Assembly: GCA_002633005.1 (NCBI GenBank)
Contig: NMRA01000203.1
Span: forward strand, 639,408-703,407
Direction: 5' to 3'
Source: Phoronis australis
Taxonomy: Eukaryota > Animalia > Phoronida
Length of the DNA stretch: 64,000 bases
The position numbers were made by a program, and so were the translations under genes. The notes below the pieces were generated by a model that searched no databases, had not been told where the DNA came from, and worked only from the letters and a program-made list of their open reading frames with translations. Below, in pieces: positions 1-11,562 of this stretch; within the stretch, counting starts at the first letter, position 1, and the number at the start of each line of letters is the position of its first letter.

Positions 1-239
1 AGCGTTACAAGTAGCGCCACCTTCTGGAAGGCGCTCAAATACAGCCATAATAACACGGATGACTGCAATGCCACTGTGTCATCTGGTGCTTACAAAATAC
101 TTTGTTTCGCTTGCCTAACGATAAGGAGAGGTATGTGTATATTCATTATGTATTCCATACTACTATTGGCAAGTACTGATCGGAGAATAGGAGACAGCAG
201 TAGAGCAGGCCTACATATTCATTAGGGATAGTTACCAGT

Positions 240-800
240 AGTTGACAATACTGAGGACCACAGCATGGTGGTATGAAACTCATTCGGTAGTGGCTGCACA
301 TCTTCTGCCAGGAATGTAAAAAAATTGAAGTGGAGTTGTATCAGCTGTGTTTGGTTAAAGAAGAGTAGTCTACAGTTCAGGCTACAGGGTCAGACCCAGT
401 GTCCTGGTCAGCTGGCCTTGTTTACTGTGTGAAAACAGGGGTGAGATAGCTTTTAGGTTTAGTGGAGAATGTTTGCAAGCTTGTTGTTTGTTGGCGTGTA
501 GACTATTTCTCAGTGTATGGTTCAATTTTAGTTGTGCGAGTTGGGTGCAGACTATGCATAGATCTGACCTAGCCAGGAAATCCTTAGAAGAGCTACATAA
601 CATGCGATTGTGTGGTCGCCATATCCAAGAGGAACAATTCACTTATCAACTAAAATAAGAAACTGTTGTTTTGGTGTAAACTGTCTGATTTGATGTGTTG
701 GTATGAAGTTCCCAGGCACTACTCTGCATTATCACAGGATACGCGTGCCTCCGGCTGTCTTGCTGAAGAATTTGTAACCTAAACAGGGATTATTGAGTCA
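240..800 (-). mobile_element. possible highly degraded LINE (CR1/L2-group) ORF2 3' fragment
   Basis: Frameshifted minus-strand peptides (SSAWELHTNTSNQTV; NLK..YLTPVFT) loosely resemble the post-RT region of CR1/L2 ORF2. No intact RT motif is visible. Confidence 0.25.
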
Positions 801-870
801 ACTTCTTTCTTAGAACAGTAAACAAACCTTATTTTTGATACATTCTGCTGTACCCACACAGCTTGTTTCC

Positions 871-1074
871 CATACCCGCATCCAGGGTCTTCTGGGGCTC
901 GAAGGAGCCCCCCTATTTGGCGTAGTGGACAAAAAGTTTTGCCCCAAAGAAACAAAAACTCCGAAAAAAGTAGAAAATGAGACAGAAGTCCACTTCCACC
1001 AATCTTTTCTTAGTTATAGGTACACATTCTCAAAAATTCGAGACCCCCATTTTTAGGCTGGGTGCGCGTGCATG
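871..1074 (+). mobile_element. MITE family A (TIR CATGCGCGCACCCAG), degraded copy
   Basis: Ends catacccgcatccagggt ... ggctgggtgcgcgtgcatg. Internal sequence is shared with copies at 5510, 22203 and 32318. Confidence 0.7.
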
Positions 1075-4000
1075 TACTTGCTATACTCCACAACATATCA
1101 GAAGGTGTGTCTTTCATACTAACCACTTGTGGAAGTTGGTCTCATTTTTGTCTGGCAAAACTCTCTTTGAAGTATAAGTTTTAAGGGGCATGTCTATGTG
1201 ACATCAGAGTTGCTGTACTATTATATTAGTCCTGATGCAGACCCAAGCAGAGCGTGTTTAAATTGCAAAACTTAAAATAAAGGGCTACTGTGAACCTGTT
1301 AAACTATATATTTTTTGATAACTTTGGGGATTCGCATTTACCCTGACGTACAGTTTGAGGTTAATGCCCAAGGAGTTGTATTGATGCCATTGTCTTCATA
1401 TGAAATGGTCAATAGTCATAGAACATTGATTGATTAGTCTGAAGTAGACTAATTATATGCAGTATAAGTGGGAAAACTTTTCTTGGTGATATTTTCATTG
1501 TACCTCGAACCACATACATTATCCATGACAACTATTTTTATGTTGGCAAAATCAAATTTATTGTCTTTAATATTGCAGTTATTCCAGAACATTAGTACTG
1601 TAGAAGTGCTAGGTCTCATAGCTGAGATATTTGTATTGACATGTATTGTATAATGTATTTTAAACATGGAATGTTGTTTTCATACAGTTTATCAATTGTG
1701 TGTTAAAATCAAAATGCTTGTAATATCTTTTGAACTGATGTTAGAATAAAAATGATATTGATCCACATGCTCTTATTTATTATTACTCTACTTTTGTTTA
1801 TGTAGTGAGTATTATTTATTATTCATATTTATTTTATTCCGTGTCTTTCAGCAACAAGAACTATGATAAAAATATGACAAAATATTATGCTAAAATATTA
1901 TATAAATTACTGTTGTATTTACTTGATTCTGGAGCTATACTTAGAAAACCATGTGGAAAATGTCATTCTATTAAATTCAGGCGGTTGCTTTCATACCAGT
2001 CTTAGCCCTGGCAAAGTCTTAATCAATTAAAGTTAAATATCAAAATAATTAAATATTATCATAATTGCATAAACTTCCATGTAAATACAAATGATGTTTC
2101 CTCAAGATTGATATTGTATTGTATTGCTATGCTTACAAAGGGATCTGAAAAATATTGAATGGCATTTGCTTTCATTCTAGTATTATTGCATCACGATGAT
2201 TATCGAATTGGCCATAACATCATCAAAAATTATGTTTTCCTCAAGTAAATTATAAATTTAATTCACAAAAATTGGTTTTATGTCTAAAAACGTGTTTTTA
2301 TTCAAGTTAGTTACCAAAGGCTCAGACCTGGTTTGAGGGTCTCCGAATACAACTTGGTCTCCAGCTAATAGGTGGCGCTGTTCCAAATGTGTGACTAGGC
2401 AAATTACACTAGGACGGCCATCTTGGGATATAGTATCTTTGGTTGTACTCCGCGTTGCTCGAACAGCTAGAAAAAATACGAACACTCTGTTTTACAATCC
2501 CTAAGGACGTTGGGATTCGGAAGCGTTTGGTCCTTGCCATACGCCGCGACGAAGGAAAATATGTCCGTGTAAAATTTATTTACTGTTTTCGAATCATAAT
2601 TTGTCGCATCTTGGACAGGATGCTGCCATAGCAACGAGGACCGGAGAATCTTCGGTCAGCCAGGCTGTGTTTTCNGAGTATTAGCCAGGATTTTGCCGTC
2701 AGAAATTCGCGCTCCTGAACTGCCAAATGGAATCTGGGGGAATTTTAGGGGGGGCTGGGGCATAGCCCCTTGGCTCCCCTCTAAATCCACCACTGTCTTC
2801 CTTCCAGTTAACTGAAATTGAGCTCTAAAACGAGGTTATGCTTTGGACGAAAGAATTAGGTGTTTTAATTTTAAAATTCAACTTGGTCGAGATTAAAAAG
2901 ACGTAATTATTAAAACCAAGAAAGCAGAATTGATGGTCATATAATTTTTATTTTCAATTGCGAGCCTAATTTTTTATCGTAATCAAAATATGTATTTAAT
3001 AACATCAAGTATTATTTCAGATCAATGACAAATCAACTGTTAGTCCCGGTAGTGCTTACCTCACCAGGACCTAGGCTATGCTTGAAGCTAATAGGCCTAC
3101 TCTTGATCAACAAATTAAACCAGATGAGACTAACTGCACATGACAGCAAAATGCTATGAGCCACCACTGTCGAATATATCTTCAACTCGTCAACAATACG
3201 ACCAGATGACCTGGTTCGTGTAGAAAGCATTTTTATCAAGAATTTGTTAGAAGAAACGTAACCCTGCATTCAGCATGATACCTAATCCGTAACACTACGA
3301 TCACCGCAATTTGGTCATGTTTACTTTTCATGTTTCGAACCTAGTTTTCCGGAAAAAAAATATATCCTTTTGTCAGACAACTCTTTGGTGCATTGACTTG
3401 TTCTTTGACTTTATTTTTCTACGTCTCTGTGGTTAATTATTGACACATTTTTTAAGATTTAATATTCAGGTTGGACTCCAAAGACCGGCCATTTAACTCA
3501 CCCAATGTAAATTTCCGCTTTGTTTATCGCAGTGAGCCTCGCTTTGGATTTTAATGTCCGCCGCGTGAATAGAGTCTATGGAAGACGTAATGGAATACGC
3601 CATTGAATATAGGAAGGTGGAGCCAACTGTATTCAATGGTTAAGACAGTAATTTCACATTTGGTGAACAGTCCTGGTGAAGTTAATTCGGGTGGACGACG
3701 GCAAATTTGATTGGCCTTGTTCATTTGGGCACCTAAAACATTCGTTCACGACGTTTTTTTCTCAAGAAGCAGTTTACCTGCTCTAAAAACAATAAACTTT
3801 CAGCAACGATTTATGCACGAAAATTCCGACGCACGGTGAACAGCCCTATAGTTTTAGGCTTCGATTTTTTAACGCGAGTGGTCAGAAATAGGTCATTTGT
3901 CTAGATAACGTCCCCTAAAAATCGGGCAAAAACGGATTCAAATCAGACGAAAAAGTTTTTGTTATAAATGCATACATTGCATTGAGAACTAGCATATCTA

Positions 4001-4804
4001 CAGGAAATTGCGACCTAATATCGAGTATATATTTCTAATAACACAGTCGTACTCTTGAAACGTTCCTCGACTCCATCTTCTCTCGCAACAGACCTCAGCT
4101 CAAATTCCGAAAATCAATCACCTCCTCAAACACAGTTCGTTGTTCTCCGGTGTTGTGATCAACACAGGAAATAATCCTATCAGCATTTCCATTCCAGAAG
4201 AGACGAAAAAATTATCTAGAAAACTAAGACTTAAAACGAAACACCGCTAGATAATTGTTTTGTTATAGTTAATGTTTAAAATTTTCTATTTCCGGATGGA
4301 TTTTTTTAAGTTTCCGACGAACTTCTAATGTTGAGTGGTTCATTGTATTAACTTGTATATTTCACAAAGTGAAAATTATTCTCTGTTTTTGTGACTTTAC
4401 TAGTTATTCAACATCATGGTTTAATTGCAGAAAAGCTTGTGGCTTAAAGAGGCCTGGAACTCGAAAAGCAGACTAAATTGCATTACTAAAAATGGTTTAC
4501 GTGGCGCGCTGCCATAGGTTGTCGAGCTTGCACCTCCTGGCCCGATAGTAAGACTCCAGTAGCGCCCCCACGTGGCTAGTACACTGTTAAGTGAAGTCAT
4601 AGGTACTCTCGGGCCAAATCTACTGGGATCGCCCGCCGAAGGGGAAGGACAAGAGGAAGGTGGGATATAGAATCGGACAGGGGAACAAGCTGAGGTAATA
4701 GTTCCACCATGGCCAGGTTTTTTATCCCATCTCGACGTGAGTCGTATAACCGGAGGCAACAGTCCCATCGAGTTCATCAGATTATGATATGGTGCCGAAC
4801 AATG

Positions 4805-5256
4805 ACTTTCTAAAACCGCTCTGAGGTGGTGGCGTGTTACAACTATTATTAAAATCTCTTGGTCTGTTTACATCGACCTCTTGTCTATTTACATTGTCAC
4901 GACGTTTTGTTCGGTCTATTCTCCGGCCGTCGTCAGGTGTTCCTGCGTTCTTAGAAGAACGAGCGCGCCGGATATGTGGTACACTCATCATGGTGTGATT
5001 TTTTATTATTTATTGTCCGAGGAAGGATTTGAAACTACGACTTCCGAAACTACAGGTATTTGAGTCCAGAACCTTAATCCATATGTAATAAAAAAAAATC
5101 ACACCATGATGACTGTACCACATATCCGCCTCGTTCTTTTAAATAAGAATGCAGGAACACCTGACGGTGGCCGGAGAATAGACCGACCGAAACGTCGTGA
5201 CAATGTAAATAGACAAGAGGTCGGTGTAAATGGACCAAAAGATTTTAACAATAGTT
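4805..5256 (-). mobile_element. non-autonomous Penelope-like insertion: inverted ~170-bp arms with hammerhead-type motif and a tRNA-like head
   Basis: Arms 4839-5009 and 5085-5259 are inverted repeats. A 13-bp direct repeat GTGCCGAACAATG flanks the element (4792-4804, 5257-5269). The arms carry CTGACG(A/G)-stem-(G/A)AAACGTC. The spacer read on the - strand has tRNA A/B-box-like motifs. Confidence 0.7.
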
Positions 5257-5509
5257 GTGCCGAACAATGTAGTTGAATTCTAGTATTGGGAGAGGACTGT
5301 GACCCAGCAAGTACACTGTCACAATACTTTGCGGGTTAGTACGAGGATCGACCAACAGTACTGTCATCCAATGAGTGTCGAGTCCAACAGCTTGGATAGC
5401 AGACAAGACGTTTGAATATTTATGATTAACTGATTGAAGTTTCCCTTACAGAGGGCGCTAGCGTAAGAACTTCTCAAGCACAAACTTGGAGTTTTGTAAT
5501 GTGGGTAAT

Positions 5510-5761
5510 CATGCGCGCACCCAGGGGCGCTCGGGGGACTCGAACGAGCCCCCCCCCCATTTGGCGAAGTGGGCAAAAAGGTCCCCCTCTGAAAGACAAA
5601 ACGTCCGAGAAAATGAGGCATAAGTCCATTAAACATGTGCAAAGCGTAATTCACAGTCGTGCTCCCGTTTTTTTTTTAAGTCCGCCCTCTTTTTTGTCAC
5701 CAAAAGGTCCACGAAGTCTGGAATTCGAGCCCCCCCCTATTGAAGGCTGGGTACGCACATG
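5510..5761 (+). mobile_element. MITE family A, 5-bp TSD (hAT5-like)
   Basis: TIR catgcgcgcacccag / ctgggtacgcacatg. TSD GTAAT at 5505-5509 and 5762-5766. Confidence 0.9.
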
Positions 5762-6206
5762 GTAATGAAACAACTTTCAGAACCCAAGCTAGAGTAGAAG
5801 TACTCGAAAAGTACGTGAAAAGCAATATAAAACTTGGAATTAAAATGATCGTGAGCATCCGCCCAAGTCTGAAATGTTTCAGACGATGCATTTTTGTTGT
5901 TTTCCAATATTTTTTGTAAGTGATTGACAATTTCGAGTTGACATCACGGGATTTCTATTATTAGATGCTTATAATCGCCTGCAGGTGATAACAAGTCACT
6001 GTAACCGGAGGAAACATGAGAAAACAACAGGTCGAGCAACAAAATAATGGTGACCGAAATGCTGACTGGAAGATGAAACACCAGATCACCGGTGTTGGTC
6101 GGTGATTCACATTTCATTGCAGAAACATAAAAAACAACCCAACCAGTCAAGCGGCAAATTAGAACACCTGCAAACACTATTTGACGATATGTTAATTAGC
6201 GAACCT

Positions 6207-6298
6207 CGTTACGGTCATTTATTGACCGATACATACTACGTAAAATCGAGACGTTACGGTCATTTATTGACCGATACATACTACGTAAAATCGAGACG
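6207..6298. repeat. perfect 45-bp tandem duplication
   Basis: cgttacggtcatttattgaccgatacatactacgtaaaatcgaga occurs twice in tandem. Confidence 0.9.
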
Positions 6299-6585
6299 AC
6301 CAATCAGAGCACTAGTCATCCTCCACTGTGTTTAGTGTGAAAAGTCGTCAAATATTGCTGCTAGTTTTCCTGTGGTTTATAATGGTGACACGTTGCGTTT
6401 GTGGTGGTTGTGACAACTTAGTACTTGTCCACTCTTCGGATCTTTTCTCTGTCCCGCGGGAAATGCACATAATGTTTGTACAAGAAAATCGCGTGTTGGT
6501 GAACATGACACACAGGCGCTATATATTACGTAATATATTACGTGCATACGTCACACTAAAGTCCGTGGAGCTAAAAACTTTCAAT

Positions 6586-6702
6586 TATCACCATCGCCAT
6601 CATCATCATCGCCATCACCGTCACCGTCATCGCCATTGCCATCGCCATCGCCATCATCATCATCATCATCATCATCATCATGGTCATCATCATTATTATT
6701 AT
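6586..6702. repeat. (CAT)n/(CATCGC)n microsatellite
   Basis: Direct reading. It explains the His-rich and Met-rich ORFs in the track. Confidence 0.95.
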
Positions 6703-7271
6703 TGACTTACCATTAAGCCACACTGGCGAGTCGCTGCCACATGCGCCTTTTTGTACACACTGAGTCGGCATTTTGGTTCCCCCTCTACTTTCAAATCTGT
6801 ACCAACCTTCACCGTGTGGTAGAGCGGAGTCACACTGCGTGCTTTCGGACGGCAGTCTCGTATACGTCGTTCTTCTACTGTCATCGTTGTTAGCAAAATG
6901 AATACTTTTGTCACAAGGATCTGTACCTAAACCCAAGATGTAATATTTTTAATTAGTGAAAACTCGTAATTGACCAGGTCCGTAGTTAGGCAGCTGCAAA
7001 ATCAAAGATGTCGTAAGTAGAGAGACACAATCACAATTTCCGAAAGAAAATATTCGTGCAAGCCCTAAAACGGCATCAAGAAGGAGATTTTTGGCCTTGA
7101 ATAGAACACCACTCCAAAAAGGCTCCAGACTTACCTGCCAGAAGCAAAGGGTCCAATTTACCAAATTTCTGCTGTGAATTATTGACTTGGTGGTTTCATC
7201 CAATTCTACGACAGTGTGTTGCCATACAAAGCAACACTGGCAACATTTCTAACAGTTAACACTGATATATA

Positions 7272-8079
7272 TGTTGTGTTCGTAGAACCAGTAAAACAAC
7301 ACAGATGAGAGTAAATTATAATACGTCTATTCGCTTGGAGAACTAATACAAGAAGGGGATGAGCACGTGGCTTGTGGGCAGAAATACCACGTGACTATAT
7401 TCTAAGGAAAACCACAAGTAGCATTGCCAATACACAACATCCCTCTACCCTTAGCTGACAACTGCAAACGTAAATAAACATGGAGGAACACTTCAAACTA
7501 AACACAAACATGCATGTAACACACTGTCAGCAGTCTTGTTTGTAAAACGATACTAAGTGTCCAGTCATAACTAAAACGATGTATTACACTGCTGTTTGCT
7601 GTAAGGTGATCCTACTGATGACTGAAGCTAGTTATAATAAGTAGTAATTAAAAGTTCAGCCTGTCTGGTTGGATTGATTTCCTTCCGGAACGTGTCACAA
7701 CTACAGACGAATCCGTTGGTGGATTTTCTACGGGTAATCGTACGGTAGTAGCGTTCGAATCCGCAGTGGGATCGACCACAGGCGTAGAAGGTTGTTCCGT
7801 CAACCGAGTTGGCGGTACGAAGGCTTGTGGCGGAGGTAAGTTACTTGGCGGTGGGCCAAACGTGGTTGAAGATGGGTTGTCTTCCGGTGTGCGTCGTACT
7901 ATGTGGTCTACGTGACGCCTCCAAATCCGTTTATCGGGCAACTCCACAGAAAATGACACGGGTCCTCGTTGTTCTATGATCATNAATACAAGAAGGGGAT
8001 GAGCACGTGGCTTGTGGGCAGAAATACCACGTGACTATATTCTAAGGAAAACCACAAGTAGCATTGCCAATACACAACA
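7272..8079 (-). mobile_element. Gypsy-type LTR retrotransposon, internal region collapsed at N 7984
   Basis: 3' LTR 7272-7439 has TG...CA ends (TGTTGTG/CACAACA). A polypurine tract AAGGGTAGAGGGA (- strand, 7440-7452) adjoins it. The partial 5' LTR 7985-8079 is identical to 7345-7439. TSD ATATA at 7267-7271 and 8080-8084. Confidence 0.9.
7648..7983 (-). CDS. C-terminal fragment of Gypsy Pol (post-integrase region)
   Basis: IIEQRGPVSFSVELPDKRIWRRHVDHI ... TRSGRKSIQPDRLNF* is the typical Gypsy Pol C-terminus (GPVSY.V...W.RH.DQ; RS.R...P.RL). It ends just upstream of the PPT. Confidence 0.8.
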   Translation of the reverse strand: MIIEQRGPVSFSVELPDKRIWRRHVDHIVRRTPEDNPSSTTFGPPPSNLPPPQAFVPPTRLTEQPSTPVVDPTADSNATTVRLPVENPPTDSSVVVTRSGRKSIQPDRLNF

Positions 8080-10258
8080 ATATAGAACAACGCCTGGTTT
8101 TGCTGAAGAAATAAAGCCATGCAGCGACAAAGAATACATGTACGTCGTCTGAGCGTGTAAGTAAAGAGCGGCACGGTTGCATGTTTGATTTTTTTACAAT
8201 TGTCTTAGCTAGGTTGATTTTAGAAGCGAATATATGATTTCATTGACGTACTGTGATTGTTTAACCTGAACCAACCGGTACACTAAAACTGGAAACGAAG
8301 AAGGACAGAAAAAACTAATATTGCCAAACTGACTCATAATATTAAGCTGGAGGAGGTGCATGTCAAGTCATTCATACTCAAGTTTTCTATAATGGTCCCT
8401 GCTTAGACTATAATTTTTGGAGGGGAAATGAACTTGATTTGGAAAATGCAAAATTATATTTTTTAAACTTGATTGATGATTGAATCAAGAACCAATGACA
8501 GCACATTGGTCAATTATCACACTGTTACACAACACAAAGCACCTTTGTCAGACCGCACAAAAAGGATACACATTATTCTGAGTAAATTTTGCATTGTTTT
8601 CTATGAGTTTAGTGTTGATTAATTTCACAAATAGTTCAACATCAAAAAGTAAACTGATATTCTCTACCGAATCTAAAAAATCACCCGCTTGGGTCGCTGC
8701 TTCTTGTGCCGTAGTCGGTGGGGGTAAAGTCACTGTCCTATTTTAGCGTGAAGTCAAGTGGTGTACTTCAAATTGTCGGAATAAGAAATTTTAGATAAGT
8801 GTGAAATGTCAGGTCACCAGGGATACCTGTTTGAGCCGAGGCAACACAGTGATACCCAGCTGTCGTCATCATCAGACGAAAATTTGCCGGTGCAACCAGT
8901 CCGTATCAACAATTTACACTGGTGTGACTGTGAGCAGTGTGTACCCTAGCCAACCAGCTAGCTGTCAGCCAATACTCAGCTCTGTAAACTTGAAGGGTTG
9001 GTTAGTTATCAACTATAGCTGTATGAAGACTATCGTACCACAGTGTTTTGAGCTCCGTTAGACCCCGAAATTTCACACAGCCCGTTGACTACCCAGATAT
9101 AGTTAACTTATGGTCATCACCTCGTCGTAAATCTTACATCAACATGTAGAGCTAACAGACCGGTGGGGTGCGTGCAAAATCTAGTAGTCATCGGATACTC
9201 ACATTATTCGTTGCAACCGTTTAAGTGGAAAATAATCAAATAAACATCATTTTCTACCATAATGCGTTGCCTTTTGTAACAAAAACAAGTGCGCTCGTGA
9301 CACGGAGCTTGGACCATTTACTAAAATTTTGCGACGTCTTTCGGGAGATGATGACAGTTTCGTAGCAGCAAGGTTTATTATAAAATTCGGTTGGCTGGTA
9401 TTAAAATACTAGAAACTTGTAACTAAATGAACCAAGTTCCGATGATTCGTTGTGACATGTACGCATCCATGTACCAGTAGCGAAGAACAATTGATAAAAT
9501 AATCGGGGGAGGGGGGGGGGAGAGAAACTGGTAAAGGTGACGCAATCGTCAAAAGCCGACTCAAGAGAATGCATCCCAATTTTACCAGGAGCCGATTAAC
9601 GACCGGTAACTTTGCCAACACTGGTAAATTTGTTAGTTTAGGCCTACTCAAGGATGAGAATAGTTTTAAAGATACTAACTTTGAGTCAGATTTTATTTGT
9701 CCTCTTCATACCGTGAATAATACGCTTACAAGGAAGTCACGCATTTCTAAAGATATGCGGGAATTTTCACCGCTCGACCTTCTGAGCGGCTTGTACCAGG
9801 ATCAAAAAGAGCGCAGCGCCGGAGTCAGGTACAGTTGTGATGACCCCATTGCCCAATGCGAGCAAGACCTAATTAAGTGTAATTACCCGACCATAAACTG
9901 TATTAAGCATCTCTGACTGTACATAACGGCGAATTTAACAAAATGCATTAACCACTAATTTTCGTTTAAAACGAACACCACGGCGGCATTCAGCTGGAAA
10001 AAAAACAACCAAGTACGGTTTTCGATTTTTAAAAATCGATGAACTAATTATCTAAAAACTACAACAATTGGGTACAATTGAAGATAAACTACCGTGCGTA
10101 TTGATATACTCGGTGGATATAGAAACGCTGATCAGAGTTAACAATATCACATGGATTCACTTTTTCAATATTCTTTCAATCTCGTTTAACCAGATTTTTG
10201 ACCAGGAAACAGTTGTACATAATTTGTACCCACTTTAATTTTTTATTACTGACAAGGA

Positions 10259-11562
10259 GCAAAAATATATGGTTCGTTGATTATCCCAGACATATTTTTC
10301 ACTTACTTACTGCTTTTCATAATTTAATTAATTACTCGTCGTCTACTCCGGAAGTGACGTTTTGGGAGGCAAGAATTTCGCGCCAATTTCTTTTCATATA
10401 GTCAGACTATGAGAGCAGTCGAATCAGTCATTGTTCTACCTCGGTTGTGATAAGTTCGGTCGTCGTTTGCTTTTACTTACGAGTCAGTCAACATACCACG
10501 CTGTTGCTGCGTACTGGGGCGTACTCATTATCGTCTCACGCACAGAGGAAGAACTGTTTCACTTGCCCGAATGTCCGGCGACTCACTCCCAGTGGAGGGT
10601 GATCTGAGCACCCAAACTGCTTACATCCCACCGTGTGACCCCCTCGCCACACACCTGGCACCTTCTAAATAGCTCCAATAAAAGTCCACAATAAACTATC
10701 AAACTTAAGGCTCACCGATCTTTTCATTGGATGACGAACTGTCCTCTTCACTGGGTGTCGAACTGGGCCCGTATTCACTCCCATTACTCAACATCGCTGG
10801 AGGGCTGCTTACAGGCTCTGGGCTAGAGACAACAGCACAGGGCGAATCACTGCTAGTTCCCGGAATGGCAAGCAGTGGGGTACGTTCGGAGGCACGGGTG
10901 ACAGTAGATGAAAGGCCTCCAGTCACTGTATATAGTGGCCACAGCTCACGAGGCTTCTCGCTTCAAAAACGAACTTCTCGGGGTTGGCGACGATGCACTG
11001 CCGGGAATCAACAGCGACGGTATGGTACCCTTCTTTAGGCGTTGTTTCGCAGGCACCTCCTTCAATTCAGCGTACATATCTCTGTCGTAATCTGACGGCA
11101 GAAAATGCTTGCCACACACTCGGTAACCCTCCACTGCTTTGTACGCTGCGTGGACGGGTAGCGCTGCATTCTTCACATGAACGAGCTAGCCAAGTACGGC
11201 GAAGTGTATCATCCTTCGAAGCGACGCAAGGTACCCAGACAAAGCGCGTGTGAGACGATAATGAGTGCATCCCGACACGCAGCAACAGCGTGGCATGTTG
11301 ACTGACTTGTAAACAAAAGCAAACGACGATCGAACTTATCACAACTGAGGTAGAACAATGACTGACTCGACAGCTCTCACAGTCAGACTATAATGAAAAG
11401 AAATCGGCGCGAAATTCTTGCCTCCCAAAACGTCACTTCCGGAGTAGAGGACGAGAAATTAATCAAATTACGAAGAGCTGTAATTGAGTGATAAATGTGT
11501 CTGGGATAATCAACGAATATTATTTTTGCTAAAAGTGACATGAAAAAAGGTTGCCTTCACCT
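10259..11562 (-). mobile_element. Kolobok-like DNA transposon remnant with ~280-bp TIRs
   Basis: 10259-10542 and 11247-11530 are inverted repeats. The right end reads ...ccttcacCT|TTAA. The interior encodes a THAP domain. The left terminus is eroded. Confidence 0.7.
10716..11270 (-). pseudogene. frameshifted THAP-domain coding sequence
   Basis: LRRTWLA [frameshift] ...YRVCGKHFLPSDYDRDMYAELKEVPAKQRLKKGTIPSL matches the THAP W...C..HF...L...AVP pattern. A Ser/Pro-rich segment follows in another frame and ends at a GTGAG donor near 10715. Confidence 0.8.

Noticed and set aside
4490-4780. Possible HDV-like ribozyme or LINE 5' UTR (gcc-cccacgt-ggc)
   Set aside because: P1, P1.1 and P2 pairings could not be built. 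It would need an Infernal or RNArobo search.
6328-6936. His-rich and Met-rich ORFs
   Set aside because: They are translations of the (CAT)n microsatellite.
8800-9077. Possible solo LTR (tgtgaaat...atttcaca)
   Set aside because: Short inverted ends are present, but there is no matching TSD, PBS or PPT.
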